A stretch of DNA of 64,000 nucleotides. Source: Firmicutes bacterium ADurb.Bin182 (GTDB lineage Bacteria > Bacillota > Clostridia > Christensenellales > CAG-138). The translations under genes were made by a program, and so were the position numbers. The notes beneath the pieces are model-generated. The model was not told the DNA's origin. It did not search any database and saw only the letters and a program-made list of their open reading frames with translations. Shown in pieces: positions 55,067-64,000 of this stretch. The first letter of the stretch is position 1. Each line of letters starts with the position of its first letter. The stretch lies in contig MWCU01000117.1 in the NCBI GenBank assembly GCA_002070205.1, positions 1,993 through 65,992 of the forward strand, read 5' to 3'.

Positions 55067-56203
55067 TCATCGGCGAATCATAAATTCAGCTTCAATTATT
55101 CTCACTATTTTTTCGGCGGCTTTTCCGTCGCCGAAATAATTCTTTTCCACTGCTTTTGAGTCGATGCGCGTGCTCATGACGCAGCGTATGATCTCGTTCT
55201 TATCAGTTCCCGAAAGAACATTCCATCCCCCGTCCAGGGTCTCGTTCCACTCCGTTTGTTCCGTCAACGTCACACACGGTATCCGCAGAAAATACGCTTC
55301 CTTTTGAATGCCGCCCGAATCGGTAAGCATCTTTTTCGCGTTATTCATAAGAACTATCATATTACGGTACGAAACGGGATTTACGAACAATATGTTTTCA
55401 TAAGCGCACTCGTTCAGGTATTTTCTGAAAATGCTCAGGGTCCGCGGGTGGACCAAAAAGAGAACGGGGAAATCAAGCGCCTCGAAAGCTTCTATAATAT
55501 TGCCGAGCTTTCGGATGTCATCCGTGTTCTCCGCGCGGTGGACCGTCGCGAGATAATATCCCTTGCTTTTGAGATCGGATATTTTTTTATGCGCAAACCG
55601 GATATCCGGGTACGGTTCAAGCCTTGACAAGCATTCTTCATATGATATTTCCCCGAGCGCCGTATCCCTGTTGTTCAATACGGAGTCCAGCATGACGTCC
55701 CCGACATTGTATACACCAATCAGTATCGCTTCCCTTTTCAAGTTTTCCACTGCCGACTCGGTAGGACAAAATAGCAGGCTGGACAGATAATCCGTTATAA
55801 CTCTGTTCACTTCTTCCGTAATAAGCTTATTATGGTATCTTAATCCCGCTTCGATATGGATAACCGGTATCAAAAGCTTTGCTGCAGCGAGAGCTCCTGC
55901 AAGAGTTGAATTGGTATCGCCGTAAACCAACACGGCGCCGGGCTTTTCGGATATAAGTATCTCCTCGATTTTTTCCAGCATGCCTGCGATTTGTTTGCCG
56001 TGAGTTGCGGAACCTACTGACAAATTATACTTGGGAGCGGGCAAACTGAGCTCGTCAAAAAAAACGTCCGACATGTTTTTGTCATAATGCTGTCCCGTGT
56101 GAATAATGGTTTCTTGAATACTCGAATGATTTTTAATATATTCGCTTACAGGCGCGGCTTTAATAAACTGCGGCCTGTTCCCCAGCACCGTTATCAGTTT
56201 CAC
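55067..56203 (-). CDS. wecB: UDP-N-acetylglucosamine (or UDP-2,3-diacetamido sugar) 2-epimerase, non-hydrolysing (WecB/WbpI-like)
   Basis: The blocks LGNRPQFIKAAPV, HTGQHYD, GDTNSTLAG and DSGGIQKEA are present. Confidence 0.85.
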   Translation of the reverse strand: MKLITVLGNRPQFIKAAPVSEYIKNHSSIQETIIHTGQHYDKNMSDVFFDELSLPAPKYNLSVGSATHGKQIAGMLEKIEEILISEKPGAVLVYGDTNSTLAGALAAAKLLIPVIHIEAGLRYHNKLITEEVNRVITDYLSSLLFCPTESAVENLKREAILIGVYNVGDVMLDSVLNNRDTALGEISYEECLSRLEPYPDIRFAHKKISDLKSKGYYLATVHRAENTDDIRKLGNIIEAFEALDFPVLFLVHPRTLSIFRKYLNECAYENILFVNPVSYRNMIVLMNNAKKMLTDSGGIQKEAYFLRIPCVTLTEQTEWNETLDGGWNVLSGTDKNEIIRCVMSTRIDSKAVEKNYFGDGKAAEKIVRIIEAEFMIRR

Positions 56204-57329
56204 TGCTGTTTCCTCCGGTTAATCTTTTATACAGGTCAATGAGCGATTTGCTTTCGCTTTCCCATGAATACTCATTTTCGATAAGCACCGCTCCCGCCCG
56301 TACGAGCTTCATCCTAAGCTCGCGGTCATCGAGCAGCGTTCTGATTTTTTTAGCAATACTCACGGGATCGAAAGGATCCGCAAAAACAGCGCATTCCCCG
56401 AAAAGCTCCTTCCAGTAATCGAAATTTGACATTACGACGGGCAGCTTGCACACCAGGTACTCAAAAACCTTATTGGGCAGCGATTGGACTGAGTTGGGGA
56501 CGGGCAAAAAGTTTACTATCCCTATATCCGCCCGCTTCATTATCGAATAGGTATCTTCCAAAGTTTTTTCCCCGAAATATCTTACGCGCTTCCATCCCGC
56601 GAGCTGAGCGCATTGTTTTTCATAAACGGGGTCTTCCCATCCGCCCATGAGCCATAATTCGACCGAATCGTCAAGCAATCCCGCGGCTTCGATAAGCTGC
56701 CGTATCCCCCTTATTTCCGACAGTCCTCCGGCGTATATGACGGAAAAGCCCGTTTTTATCAATGGAGAGGGCTCAATGTTTTCAATAAAGGAAACGTACG
56801 GTACATTTCGCAAAACAATTGTCTTATCGGTCGGGAACCCTTTTGAAATGCCCGGCGTTGCTGCAATTATGCCGTCGAAAAACAAACACGCGAAGTTTAA
56901 AAACGATTTGAATAATAAAGATACGAACCGCCTGATTACAGGGCTTCCTATCCATTCCTTGCTTAAAATATCTTTGGGCACGTCCTCATGCATATCATAA
57001 ATAACTTTTTTCCCGAGCAGTTTTAATATAAGCCCCGCAGGTATCAAATCGGGATCGTGGAAGTGGATGATATCGGCATTAAGTTTTATCGCTTTGAATA
57101 ATACCGACAAGCCCTTGACAAAAAATCTGTAGGCTCTGCTTCTCCCGGGTTTTACGGAAACTATATTTATACCGTCGACGGCCGCGTCCCTCTCGCTGCC
57201 TGCTACCAGATACACTTGATACCCGGCTTCAAAGAGGCTTTTGCATTCTTTATAAAAAATGCGTATATCGAAAGCCTCATGCCCGGAAGTCAGAACGCAT
57301 ACTTTATTCTTCAATTTGTTTTTCTTCAT
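56160..57329 (-). CDS. GT-B fold glycosyltransferase (GT4 family)
   Basis: I prefer the ATG at 57329 (MKKNKLKNKVCVL). The C-terminal block has the EX7E-like region LPNKVFEYLVCKLPVV. Confidence 0.75.
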   Translation of the reverse strand: MKKNKLKNKVCVLTSGHEAFDIRIFYKECKSLFEAGYQVYLVAGSERDAAVDGINIVSVKPGRSRAYRFFVKGLSVLFKAIKLNADIIHFHDPDLIPAGLILKLLGKKVIYDMHEDVPKDILSKEWIGSPVIRRFVSLLFKSFLNFACLFFDGIIAATPGISKGFPTDKTIVLRNVPYVSFIENIEPSPLIKTGFSVIYAGGLSEIRGIRQLIEAAGLLDDSVELWLMGGWEDPVYEKQCAQLAGWKRVRYFGEKTLEDTYSIMKRADIGIVNFLPVPNSVQSLPNKVFEYLVCKLPVVMSNFDYWKELFGECAVFADPFDPVSIAKKIRTLLDDRELRMKLVRAGAVLIENEYSWESESKSLIDLYKRLTGGNSSETDNGAGEQAAVY

Positions 57330-58584
57330 AAGCCATGAGCCCCAAAACCGCAAAAAGAATACGGTTATCATTCAAGTCGCCGCTGAACATTGCGCCTATA
57401 ATGACATTAAAAAACAACATCTTGTTCAAAGGCCCCGGAAATGCCGCCGAGGGAGCGATTTGTTTATTGAAATTTTTGAACGCGAAAAATACGGCAAGCC
57501 CGAAAAGCAACAAGCCCGCAATACCCATTTCAACCAATATCTCAAGTATCAGATTATGGGGATAGGCAATTGAATCGGGCAATCCGTTCAATACAGGCCA
57601 AGACCCGATTCCGTATCCTGACAAAGGCCGTGATAGCCATAGCTTTTGAGCGACAGAATAATACTCTATTCTTGTTCCGACCGACGTGCCCATGCCGGAG
57701 TCCAAAAACAAAAGCATCCGCTCCAATGTCGCGGCGGGAAGATCCTTTAAATAAAAATAGAGGCTTGCCAAAACTATCGCCGAAAACAAAACGGCCGTAA
57801 ACAATATATATCCCTTAAGCTTTGATTTATCGGCTATTTGACTCCTTCCGCCGGCCAGCAAAGGAACCGACAGAGAGGCAAGGCAGCCGATAAGAGGCCC
57901 CCGGCCTCCCATTATAAGCAATAAGAATATAAAATAAACACAAGCTATCAGCATGAATGCCCGTTTAAGCCGGCTTTCATCCGAGAAAAACCCGTACGCG
58001 GCAAGAATCAGCGAGCCCATTCCCATCGTGTATCCGAGGGCCAAATAATTCGAATTCAAATTGATCACGCCGGGTCCGTTGTTGATATATTCCATAGTGC
58101 TTTGTGCGGCTATCCAAACGGAAAACAACAATACCGAATTGAGAAAACGGACCATTCGGGTTTTATCGGACGCGATGATCACCGCCGCGCCGATAAGCGC
58201 CCATAATGTCAGTGTCGATAAATACAAGGCTTTCTTTTGAGCGTACAAATCACCTTCCGTCCAAACAAGGCTGAGCAGCGCAAGCATAACAAATGCGATC
58301 CCCGATAACACAATTAGACCGGCTTTTTTTCCGATGCGCTTCTTTTCTGCTATAAAGACAAGGGTCCCGGAAAAAACGCTGATCATAAAAAACAATTGCG
58401 TCGGATCTATCGAAAAGCTGAACCTCGGATCAGCTTTATAAGCCCATGCAAACAGGAAAAGAGCGAATGTAAGCTCAAAAGAAAATAAATATTGAACCAA
58501 TCCGACAAAAATATTATTCCTTGGCTCTATATTCGAATTTATTTTCCCCCTTAAATCCCGCTCTGAAAATCCGCCCGTTCTCAT
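57304..58584 (-). CDS. O-antigen ligase/polymerase-like (Wzy family) membrane protein
   Basis: The product has about 10-12 TM helices with a large loop. The ATG at 58584 overlaps the upstream stop as ATGA. Confidence 0.65.
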   Translation of the reverse strand: MRTGGFSERDLRGKINSNIEPRNNIFVGLVQYLFSFELTFALFLFAWAYKADPRFSFSIDPTQLFFMISVFSGTLVFIAEKKRIGKKAGLIVLSGIAFVMLALLSLVWTEGDLYAQKKALYLSTLTLWALIGAAVIIASDKTRMVRFLNSVLLFSVWIAAQSTMEYINNGPGVINLNSNYLALGYTMGMGSLILAAYGFFSDESRLKRAFMLIACVYFIFLLLIMGGRGPLIGCLASLSVPLLAGGRSQIADKSKLKGYILFTAVLFSAIVLASLYFYLKDLPAATLERMLLFLDSGMGTSVGTRIEYYSVAQKLWLSRPLSGYGIGSWPVLNGLPDSIAYPHNLILEILVEMGIAGLLLFGLAVFFAFKNFNKQIAPSAAFPGPLNKMLFFNVIIGAMFSGDLNDNRILFAVLGLMAYEEKQIEE

Positions 58585-60071
58585 GCCGTTGAAACCCGCG
58601 ATAGTCTCATTGCCTCGATTATTTCCCTTCCCGAAAGGCCGATGCAACCCGACGATCCCAAATATCCCATCATATCTTCGTATACCGTATGCCAGCCTTC
58701 AAAGATCAGGTCAAACGAAGAGTTGTGCCACAGAACAGAGAACACGCCCCCATACTTTTTGACAGTCTCGATAATGTCAATAATGCTTGAAAGAGCTTCT
58801 TTCGGAGATAAATTTCTGTACATGGAGCTTTGCAGCGTTCCCTCCATTATCAACAGCGGTATCTCGTAAATATCCAATACTTTGCGCTCATAAATATCGA
58901 AAGGCTTGAACGGGAGACACATGCCGCACCTAAACCCCTCATGCCCCGCAAACGTCAATGAAGTATCGTATAACAGGCCCGATTCGGCCTGATACCTCCA
59001 TGTAACCGGTATTTGAAACTTCAAATAATGCTGTCTGCAGCCGTACGGTTTGCTTTTCACTATTTCATCCAGCCTTGATTTTACCGAAAGCATCAGCGCT
59101 TTGTCGCTGCAGCTTTGAAGGCTCCCGTGAAGGCCGATTTCACGCCCCTGTTTTTCGAGTTCGGCTATAAGATCTCTGACCTTTACGTCGCCGATATCGT
59201 ACCGGCAATCGGGATCGGAAAGCTTTGACGCCATAAAGTAAAAGGACGAATTAAACTCGTATTTCCTTTCGAGGTCTACCAAATACCCGAAAGTCCAATA
59301 GGGGTCTTTCGTATGGTCACGCCTGTTTTTCAAATAGTCTTTCAGGTATTCGAACGTCTTTTTTAAACTCATTGTCCTTAAAAGGACGCCGAGCGCATGC
59401 CTTAACGCAGAATACGGTCCTTTGTTTTTCATGACATGGTCCACATCGTGCGAAATGCAAGCGGCAAAGGCTTTACCGTTCCACCGGTCGACCCGCCTGC
59501 AGCCGGTTGAAAAGCTATACAGCCATGACCATAAAAGCTCAATATGTTCGTTTACTATTGGCCTTAAAAGAAAGTTGTTTTTATAAGCCAGAGACTCCGC
59601 AGCCGGGAATCTGCCGTGCTTATCCTTTTTGCCGCCGCTCACAACCTCCTCATACCGCGTCAGCATGAAGAAAATATCCGATATAATATCGATATTTGTT
59701 TCTGTTCGTTTACGCTCAGCGTCCGAGCTTATATACAGAGGTTCGCCGTCGTTATAAATCGAAATGATCCCTCCGTTAAAAACTCCGCCTGTTTCGTATA
59801 TGCCGGCATTCCGGGGAACCGAACAAGGCTTCAGGTAATCTCTGCCGAAAAGCATGCCCGATTCCTTGATGAAAATCAAATTTCGGGCGTCCGGCAGTTC
59901 CTGCGCATATGTATCTTTACCATAAACTATATGGACGCCTTCGCTGTTTTCGTTTATTTCGCGCAGGTCTTGCCCGTAAGCACACTCAAGCCCCAAAGAG
60001 AAAAATATCGTGTCAAATACATATTTAATTTCCGGATAATACCGCTTGTTCAATATATGTACATCTATCAT
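58581..60071 (-). CDS. polysaccharide deacetylase-like protein with extra N-terminal domain
   Basis: The blocks CISHDVDHV and GREIGLHGS are present in a 496-aa product. The assignment is tentative. Confidence 0.5.
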   Translation of the reverse strand: MIDVHILNKRYYPEIKYVFDTIFFSLGLECAYGQDLREINENSEGVHIVYGKDTYAQELPDARNLIFIKESGMLFGRDYLKPCSVPRNAGIYETGGVFNGGIISIYNDGEPLYISSDAERKRTETNIDIISDIFFMLTRYEEVVSGGKKDKHGRFPAAESLAYKNNFLLRPIVNEHIELLWSWLYSFSTGCRRVDRWNGKAFAACISHDVDHVMKNKGPYSALRHALGVLLRTMSLKKTFEYLKDYLKNRRDHTKDPYWTFGYLVDLERKYEFNSSFYFMASKLSDPDCRYDIGDVKVRDLIAELEKQGREIGLHGSLQSCSDKALMLSVKSRLDEIVKSKPYGCRQHYLKFQIPVTWRYQAESGLLYDTSLTFAGHEGFRCGMCLPFKPFDIYERKVLDIYEIPLLIMEGTLQSSMYRNLSPKEALSSIIDIIETVKKYGGVFSVLWHNSSFDLIFEGWHTVYEDMMGYLGSSGCIGLSGREIIEAMRLSRVSTA

Positions 60072-60076
60072 ATTTC

Positions 60077-61036
60077 TTAATGCTTTCCGGTTAAAAAATT
60101 ATATAATCGTGCTAAGCTTGAAACCGCGGGATTCTCTTTGAAAATATAGTGGTATGGTAGGGGCTCGGCGCCGAACTGCCTGTTATATTCCGCGATGCGC
60201 TCTATCATGCTGCCCTCGAAGTCAAACCTTTTTGTTACGGCGGACGCAAACTTGATAGCTTCCCAAACCAGCAGGGTCTTGCAGTTGAAATTCCTAAGCC
60301 CGGGATCGCTTCCCGACATCAACAGATAGGCGCTTTCAGCGTCCCAGACGATGTAGACGGCGGAATAGATTTTTCCGTCGCCGTCCTTCGCGAAGAAGAT
60401 CTTCCTGCTGTTGTGCTCTGCGCATGCGCTGTCCAGCCTCTTCAAAAACTCCGGGGAGTACGGGTAATTAAGCCCCTGCCTTTCAAACACTTTTTTGTTT
60501 ATTTCGCAAAAATCTTCTATACTCTCATCGCTAAAGACTTTTACATGCCTTTCGGCTCGCCTGATATTCTTTTTTGTGCTTCTGCCGAAGCCCTCATATA
60601 CCTTGTCAAGGTCACTCAGGTCCCGGATGACATAGGTATAAAAGGTAGTCTCACTGAAGCCTTTCCAGGCCAGGGGCTGCCAGTTTGAAAAGCTGTAATG
60701 GAAGTTCTGTCTGAATATGGACAGTCTGGGCAGCCTGTCAACGAGCTTGAATATGAGCTCTTTTTCATACGCTATGCGATTTTCCGTACTTTGTTTATCC
60801 GGATACTTTATACGGATACCCGCAGTCTGGGTCAGCTTCGGCATAGTTATTGCCTTAAACCCGAATTTGTTTTTTATATAGTAAGGCAAGCTCGCTATGA
60901 TTTTCCCGTTTTCCTCAACCAAAGAGACGTCCCAGTCGCCCTCCGCGCAAACGGCGTCCAGCCACCAGTCCTTTGAGAAAACCGGGATGGACTCATCCTC
61001 GCGGCATAATGCCCTGTATTTTTCTTTATCGGTCAT
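60077..61036 (-). CDS. FemAB-like / GNAT-fold (Acetyltransf_6-type) acyl- or aminoacyl-transferase
   Basis: The 319-aa product has the pattern SKDWWLDAV...GKIIASLPYY...KKNIRRAER...YSAVYIVWD..SAYLLMSGSD, typical of FemAB-like proteins found in polysaccharide loci. Confidence 0.6.
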   Translation of the reverse strand: MTDKEKYRALCREDESIPVFSKDWWLDAVCAEGDWDVSLVEENGKIIASLPYYIKNKFGFKAITMPKLTQTAGIRIKYPDKQSTENRIAYEKELIFKLVDRLPRLSIFRQNFHYSFSNWQPLAWKGFSETTFYTYVIRDLSDLDKVYEGFGRSTKKNIRRAERHVKVFSDESIEDFCEINKKVFERQGLNYPYSPEFLKRLDSACAEHNSRKIFFAKDGDGKIYSAVYIVWDAESAYLLMSGSDPGLRNFNCKTLLVWEAIKFASAVTKRFDFEGSMIERIAEYNRQFGAEPLPYHYIFKENPAVSSLARLYNFLTGKH

Positions 61037-61045
61037 AGCAGTAAA

Positions 61046-62365
61046 TCAGAGAAGTTCAACTTTTGCCCTGTTTGCCAAATCTCGCGTAGCGTTTTTTGTA
61101 TCAAACAATCTCGTTGAATTTTCATGGATAAAGTCATAGTCATAACAGCTGTGCATTGTCGTTATCACAACAAGGTCCGCTTCTTTCAGGGCTTGCGCCG
61201 TCAATTCCGTGCTGATGTAACGCTTGCCTTTATGGTGGAACTCGGGTATATAGGGATCGTTATAGCTTACTATTGCTCCGTACTTTTCGAGGTTTTCAAT
61301 TATCTTCAAAACAGGGCTTTCCCTGTAATCGTCAATATCCTGCTTATAAGCGACTCCGAGCAGCAAAATCCTCGCCCCGTTGAGAGCAATTCCGCTATTG
61401 TTCAAAATACGGATAGACCTGTCTACCACAAACATCGGCATTGAAATATTTATCTCGCCGGCGGTTTCTATCAGCTTGGTGTGATAATCAAAGGCTCTTG
61501 CTTTCCACGTTAAATAAAACGGATCGATCGGGATGCAATGCCCGCCGACCCCCGGCCCCGGGTAAAACGCGGCATACCCGTACGGCTTCGTCTTGGCCGC
61601 TTCAATAACTTCCCAAACGCTTATGCCCATTTTATCGCACACGATCGCCATTTCGTTGGCAAGCGCAATGTTGATGTTTCGATAGGTGTTTTCGAGTATT
61701 TTTTCCATTTCCGCAATAGCGGGATTGGAGACCTCAAAAACCTCTCCCTCAAGAATATTCCTGTATAGGGCCGCCGCGACTTCCGTGCAGTCCTTCGTCA
61801 CGCCGCCCACCACCTTGGGAGTGTTTTTAGTTTTATATTCCTTGTTGCCGGGATCCACCCTCTCGGGCGAAAACGCGAGAAAAAAATCGGTCCCGCACTT
61901 CAACCCGCTTTCTTCCAGAACCGGCTTGATAACCTCTTCGGTCGTTCCGGGATATGTTGTGCTCTCCAAAACTATCAGCATACCCCTATGCAGATATCTG
62001 GCGATCTCTTTCGTTGAGTTTACCACATGCGTAATATCCGGCTGATAATGCTCGTCAAGTGGTGTGGGCACGCATATTGCCGCGCAGTCCACTTCTTTAA
62101 TGACGCTGAAATCGGCGGTTGCCCTGAGAGATCCGCTTTTGACGACGCCTGCCAGCTCGCCGTCGATAATATCGCCGATATAGTTTATTCCGTTGTTTAC
62201 CATTTCGACTTTATCCGCAAGTATATCGAGACCGATGGTTTTGTACCCCGCTTTAGCTTTTTCAACCGCCAGGGGAAGACCGACGTAACCGAGGCCTATC
62301 ACCGCAACCACCGCTGTCTTGTTGATTATTTTATTTAGCAAATCTTTTTTTGTGTCCATATTCAC
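61046..62365 (-). CDS. UDP-N-acetyl-D-hexosamine 6-dehydrogenase (WbpA/WecC/Cap5O family)
   Basis: The Rossmann fold VIGLGYVGLPLA, the catalytic Cys block GVGGHCIP and a length of 439 aa support the call. Confidence 0.85.
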   Translation of the reverse strand: MNMDTKKDLLNKIINKTAVVAVIGLGYVGLPLAVEKAKAGYKTIGLDILADKVEMVNNGINYIGDIIDGELAGVVKSGSLRATADFSVIKEVDCAAICVPTPLDEHYQPDITHVVNSTKEIARYLHRGMLIVLESTTYPGTTEEVIKPVLEESGLKCGTDFFLAFSPERVDPGNKEYKTKNTPKVVGGVTKDCTEVAAALYRNILEGEVFEVSNPAIAEMEKILENTYRNINIALANEMAIVCDKMGISVWEVIEAAKTKPYGYAAFYPGPGVGGHCIPIDPFYLTWKARAFDYHTKLIETAGEINISMPMFVVDRSIRILNNSGIALNGARILLLGVAYKQDIDDYRESPVLKIIENLEKYGAIVSYNDPYIPEFHHKGKRYISTELTAQALKEADLVVITTMHSCYDYDFIHENSTRLFDTKNATRDLANRAKVELL

Positions 62366-62385
62366 ATCCCCGATTATTTAGAATT

Positions 62386-63519
62386 TCATGTTCGTGAGAA
62401 GCAGCTTTGTATGACGCCCGTTATTTTTTCAATCGTTTCGTTCTCGATATACGGATGCATGGGAAGGCTGAAAATTCTGCTGCTGACGTATTCCGATACG
62501 GAAAAGTCTCCTTTTTTATAACCTAAATACGAGAAAGCCTTCTGTAAATGCAAAGGAACAGGGTAGTAAACCGCTGTCGGAACGCCCGCGTTTTTAAGCT
62601 CGTTTCTGAGGTACTCCCTTTCGCCATCGTCTTTTGCCAAAACCGAATACTGAGCCCAACAGGATTCAAGTCCGTCCGGAACGACGGGCGTTTTTAAAAC
62701 ATCTTTAAGCAGAAGGATATACCGGGAAGCGATCCGCTTCCGGGAGATCAGTTCTTCGTTAAAAATATTGAGCTTGACTAAAAGTATCGCCGCCTGCAGC
62801 GTATCCAGACGGCCGTTTATCCCCGTCCTTACGTTTTCATACTTGGCATTCCCCTGCCCGTGCGCCCTTATTGAAAACAGCTTTTCCGCCAAATGATCGT
62901 CGCCGGTAAATATCGCGCCACCGTCGCCGTAGCATCCCAGCGGTTTTGCGGGAAAGAATGACGTAGCGACCGCGTCGCACAGGCTCCCTGTCCGCTTTTG
63001 CTTATATACGCTTCCGAATGACTGCGCCGCGTCTTCCAATACCTTTAAGCCGTATTTTTCGGCTATTCTCAGAATATTATCATAGTCCGCGGGCAGGCCG
63101 AACAGATCGACAGGTATAATCGCTTTGGGAGTGAGATTTCCTTCGCTTATCGTTTTTTTAATGGCCGATTCGAGCAAGTTCGGGTCAATATTAAAAGTGT
63201 CGGGATCGATATCGACAAATACCGGAACCGCGCCGAGCAGGCTGATAACCTCCGCGGTCGCGATAAACGTGAAAGGCGTAGTAAACACCGCGTCGCCTCT
63301 GCCAACCCCCCATGCCATCAACGGCATAAGCAGCGCGTCCGTTCCGTTTGAGCACGTGATCACGTGCTTTGCGCCTGTGTATTCGCCGAGTTTTTGTTCA
63401 AGTTCCTTCACTTCGGGACCGAGAATATATTTGCCGTACTTCAATACGGCCTCGATGTTCTTATCTATATCGCTCTTTATACGGCGATACTGAGCCATAA
63501 GATCTATAAATTCAATCAC
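62386..63519 (-). CDS. DegT/DnrJ/EryC1/StrS family aminotransferase (WbpE-like)
   Basis: The blocks IEFIDL..QY, CSNGTDALL and the PLP-fold body are present in a 377-aa product. Confidence 0.85.
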   Translation of the reverse strand: MIEFIDLMAQYRRIKSDIDKNIEAVLKYGKYILGPEVKELEQKLGEYTGAKHVITCSNGTDALLMPLMAWGVGRGDAVFTTPFTFIATAEVISLLGAVPVFVDIDPDTFNIDPNLLESAIKKTISEGNLTPKAIIPVDLFGLPADYDNILRIAEKYGLKVLEDAAQSFGSVYKQKRTGSLCDAVATSFFPAKPLGCYGDGGAIFTGDDHLAEKLFSIRAHGQGNAKYENVRTGINGRLDTLQAAILLVKLNIFNEELISRKRIASRYILLLKDVLKTPVVPDGLESCWAQYSVLAKDDGEREYLRNELKNAGVPTAVYYPVPLHLQKAFSYLGYKKGDFSVSEYVSSRIFSLPMHPYIENETIEKITGVIQSCFSRT

Positions 63520-64000
63520 TTGAGGTCACCTCTCTTAATGAGCCTTTTTCCTCAACATATACCCTGCCGCACTTTTTGCAGGCGACATCCTTCAGCTGTT
63601 CCCCGCACTCGCAGACCCAGCCCTTTCTTTTCGCAGGGACGCCGGCCATCAAAGCATAGTCCGGCACGTCCGAGGTCACAACGGCGCCCGCGGCAATGAA
63701 CGCGTGCCTGCCTACCGTATGTCCGCACACGATCGTTGCATTTGCGCCGATGGACGCGCCTTCCTTTATTAACGTCTTTAAAAAAAGAGAGCTTTCATTT
63801 TGAGGATATTTCGACCGGGGGGTTTTGATATTCGTAAATACCATTGAAGGTCCGCAAAAAACGTAGTCTTCCAGAACAACGCCCTCGTATACCGAAACGT
63901 TATTCTGAATTTTCACGTTATTGCCGACAACAGCATTACTGCCGATATTCACGTTCTGCCCTATGGAGCAGTTCCGCCCGATCACGGCTCCCTTTTGAAT
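63512..64000 (-). CDS. left-handed beta-helix (hexapeptide) N-acetyltransferase, WbpD-like, 5' end beyond the window
   Basis: Hexapeptide repeats are present (IGQNVNIGSNAVVGNNVKIQNNVSVYEGV). The frame remains open upstream of the listed GTG through nt 64000. Confidence 0.8.
   Translation of the reverse strand: MQKGAVIGRNCSIGQNVNIGSNAVVGNNVKIQNNVSVYEGVVLEDYVFCGPSMVFTNIKTPRSKYPQNESSLFLKTLIKEGASIGANATIVCGHTVGRHAFIAAGAVVTSDVPDYALMAGVPAKRKGWVCECGEQLKDVACKKCGRVYVEEKGSLREVTSSD

Noticed and set aside
1-64000. tRNA, rRNA or tmRNA genes, and prophage or integrase/transposase genes
   Set aside because: I saw no T-arm/acceptor-like patterns (the GTTCGAATC-type strings found lie inside coding regions). 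No rRNA-like conserved blocks are present. No ORF has integrase, recombinase or transposase motifs.

Overview
This is a chromosomal segment from what looks like a spore-forming anaerobic Firmicute, probably a member of the Clostridia. Supporting markers are CotF-type coat proteins, a SigI/RsgI pair and a B12-dependent ornithine Stickland operon. I support about 70 features and recognised no rRNA, tRNA or CRISPR array.

Layout:
- 1-3.4 kb: an AT-richer convergent pair. It comprises a 5'-truncated SF1 helicase fused to a DUF559/Vsr-like endonuclease domain, and a PD-(D/E)XK nuclease.
- 3.5-17 kb: mixed accessory and housekeeping genes. These include GNATs, alpha/beta hydrolases, a translationally coupled TetR-flavodoxin-FMN-binding-membrane-ppa cluster, coat proteins, sigI-rsgI, DUF362, an HD protein, an SRAP peptidase and a Ddl-like ligase.
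- 17.3-24.3 kb: the most system-like element. It is a tightly overlapped three-gene operon encoding a TerB-N/TerB-C protein, a BrxD-like P-loop ATPase and an Lhr-like DEXH helicase. This matches the Shango-type anti-phage architecture. The TerB protein carries an unusual ~650-aa N-terminal extension whose motif order resembles a catalytically dead SNF2 domain.
- 24.5-29 kb: YmaF, a UPF0316 protein, a LysM-CAP protein and a lipoprotein.
- 29-33 kb: a ZIP transporter and a DUF1538 membrane protein operon carrying three P-II-like domains.
- 33.7-34.1 kb: a decayed aadA-like nucleotidyltransferase remnant.
- 35.9-43.7 kb: the complete ornithine degradation operon (ord-ortA-ortB-oraS-oraE-glmL-like-orr).
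- 46-64 kb: a long minus-strand surface-polysaccharide locus that runs off the right edge. It has WbpA/E/D/I-like and PglF/E-like sugar modules, two FemAB-like domains (one fused to the initiating phosphoglycosyltransferase), two deacetylase-like proteins, WbqC, a MurJ-type flippase and a Wzy-like protein.

Non-coding highlights:
- A ~196-bp highly structured MITE-like element occurs three times. Each copy is bracketed by a local duplication, and in two cases the duplication is a whole terminator hairpin.
- An array of six 51-bp tandem repeats, each carrying two hairpins, lies downstream of rsgI.

All functional calls rest on motif recognition by eye. No searches were run.
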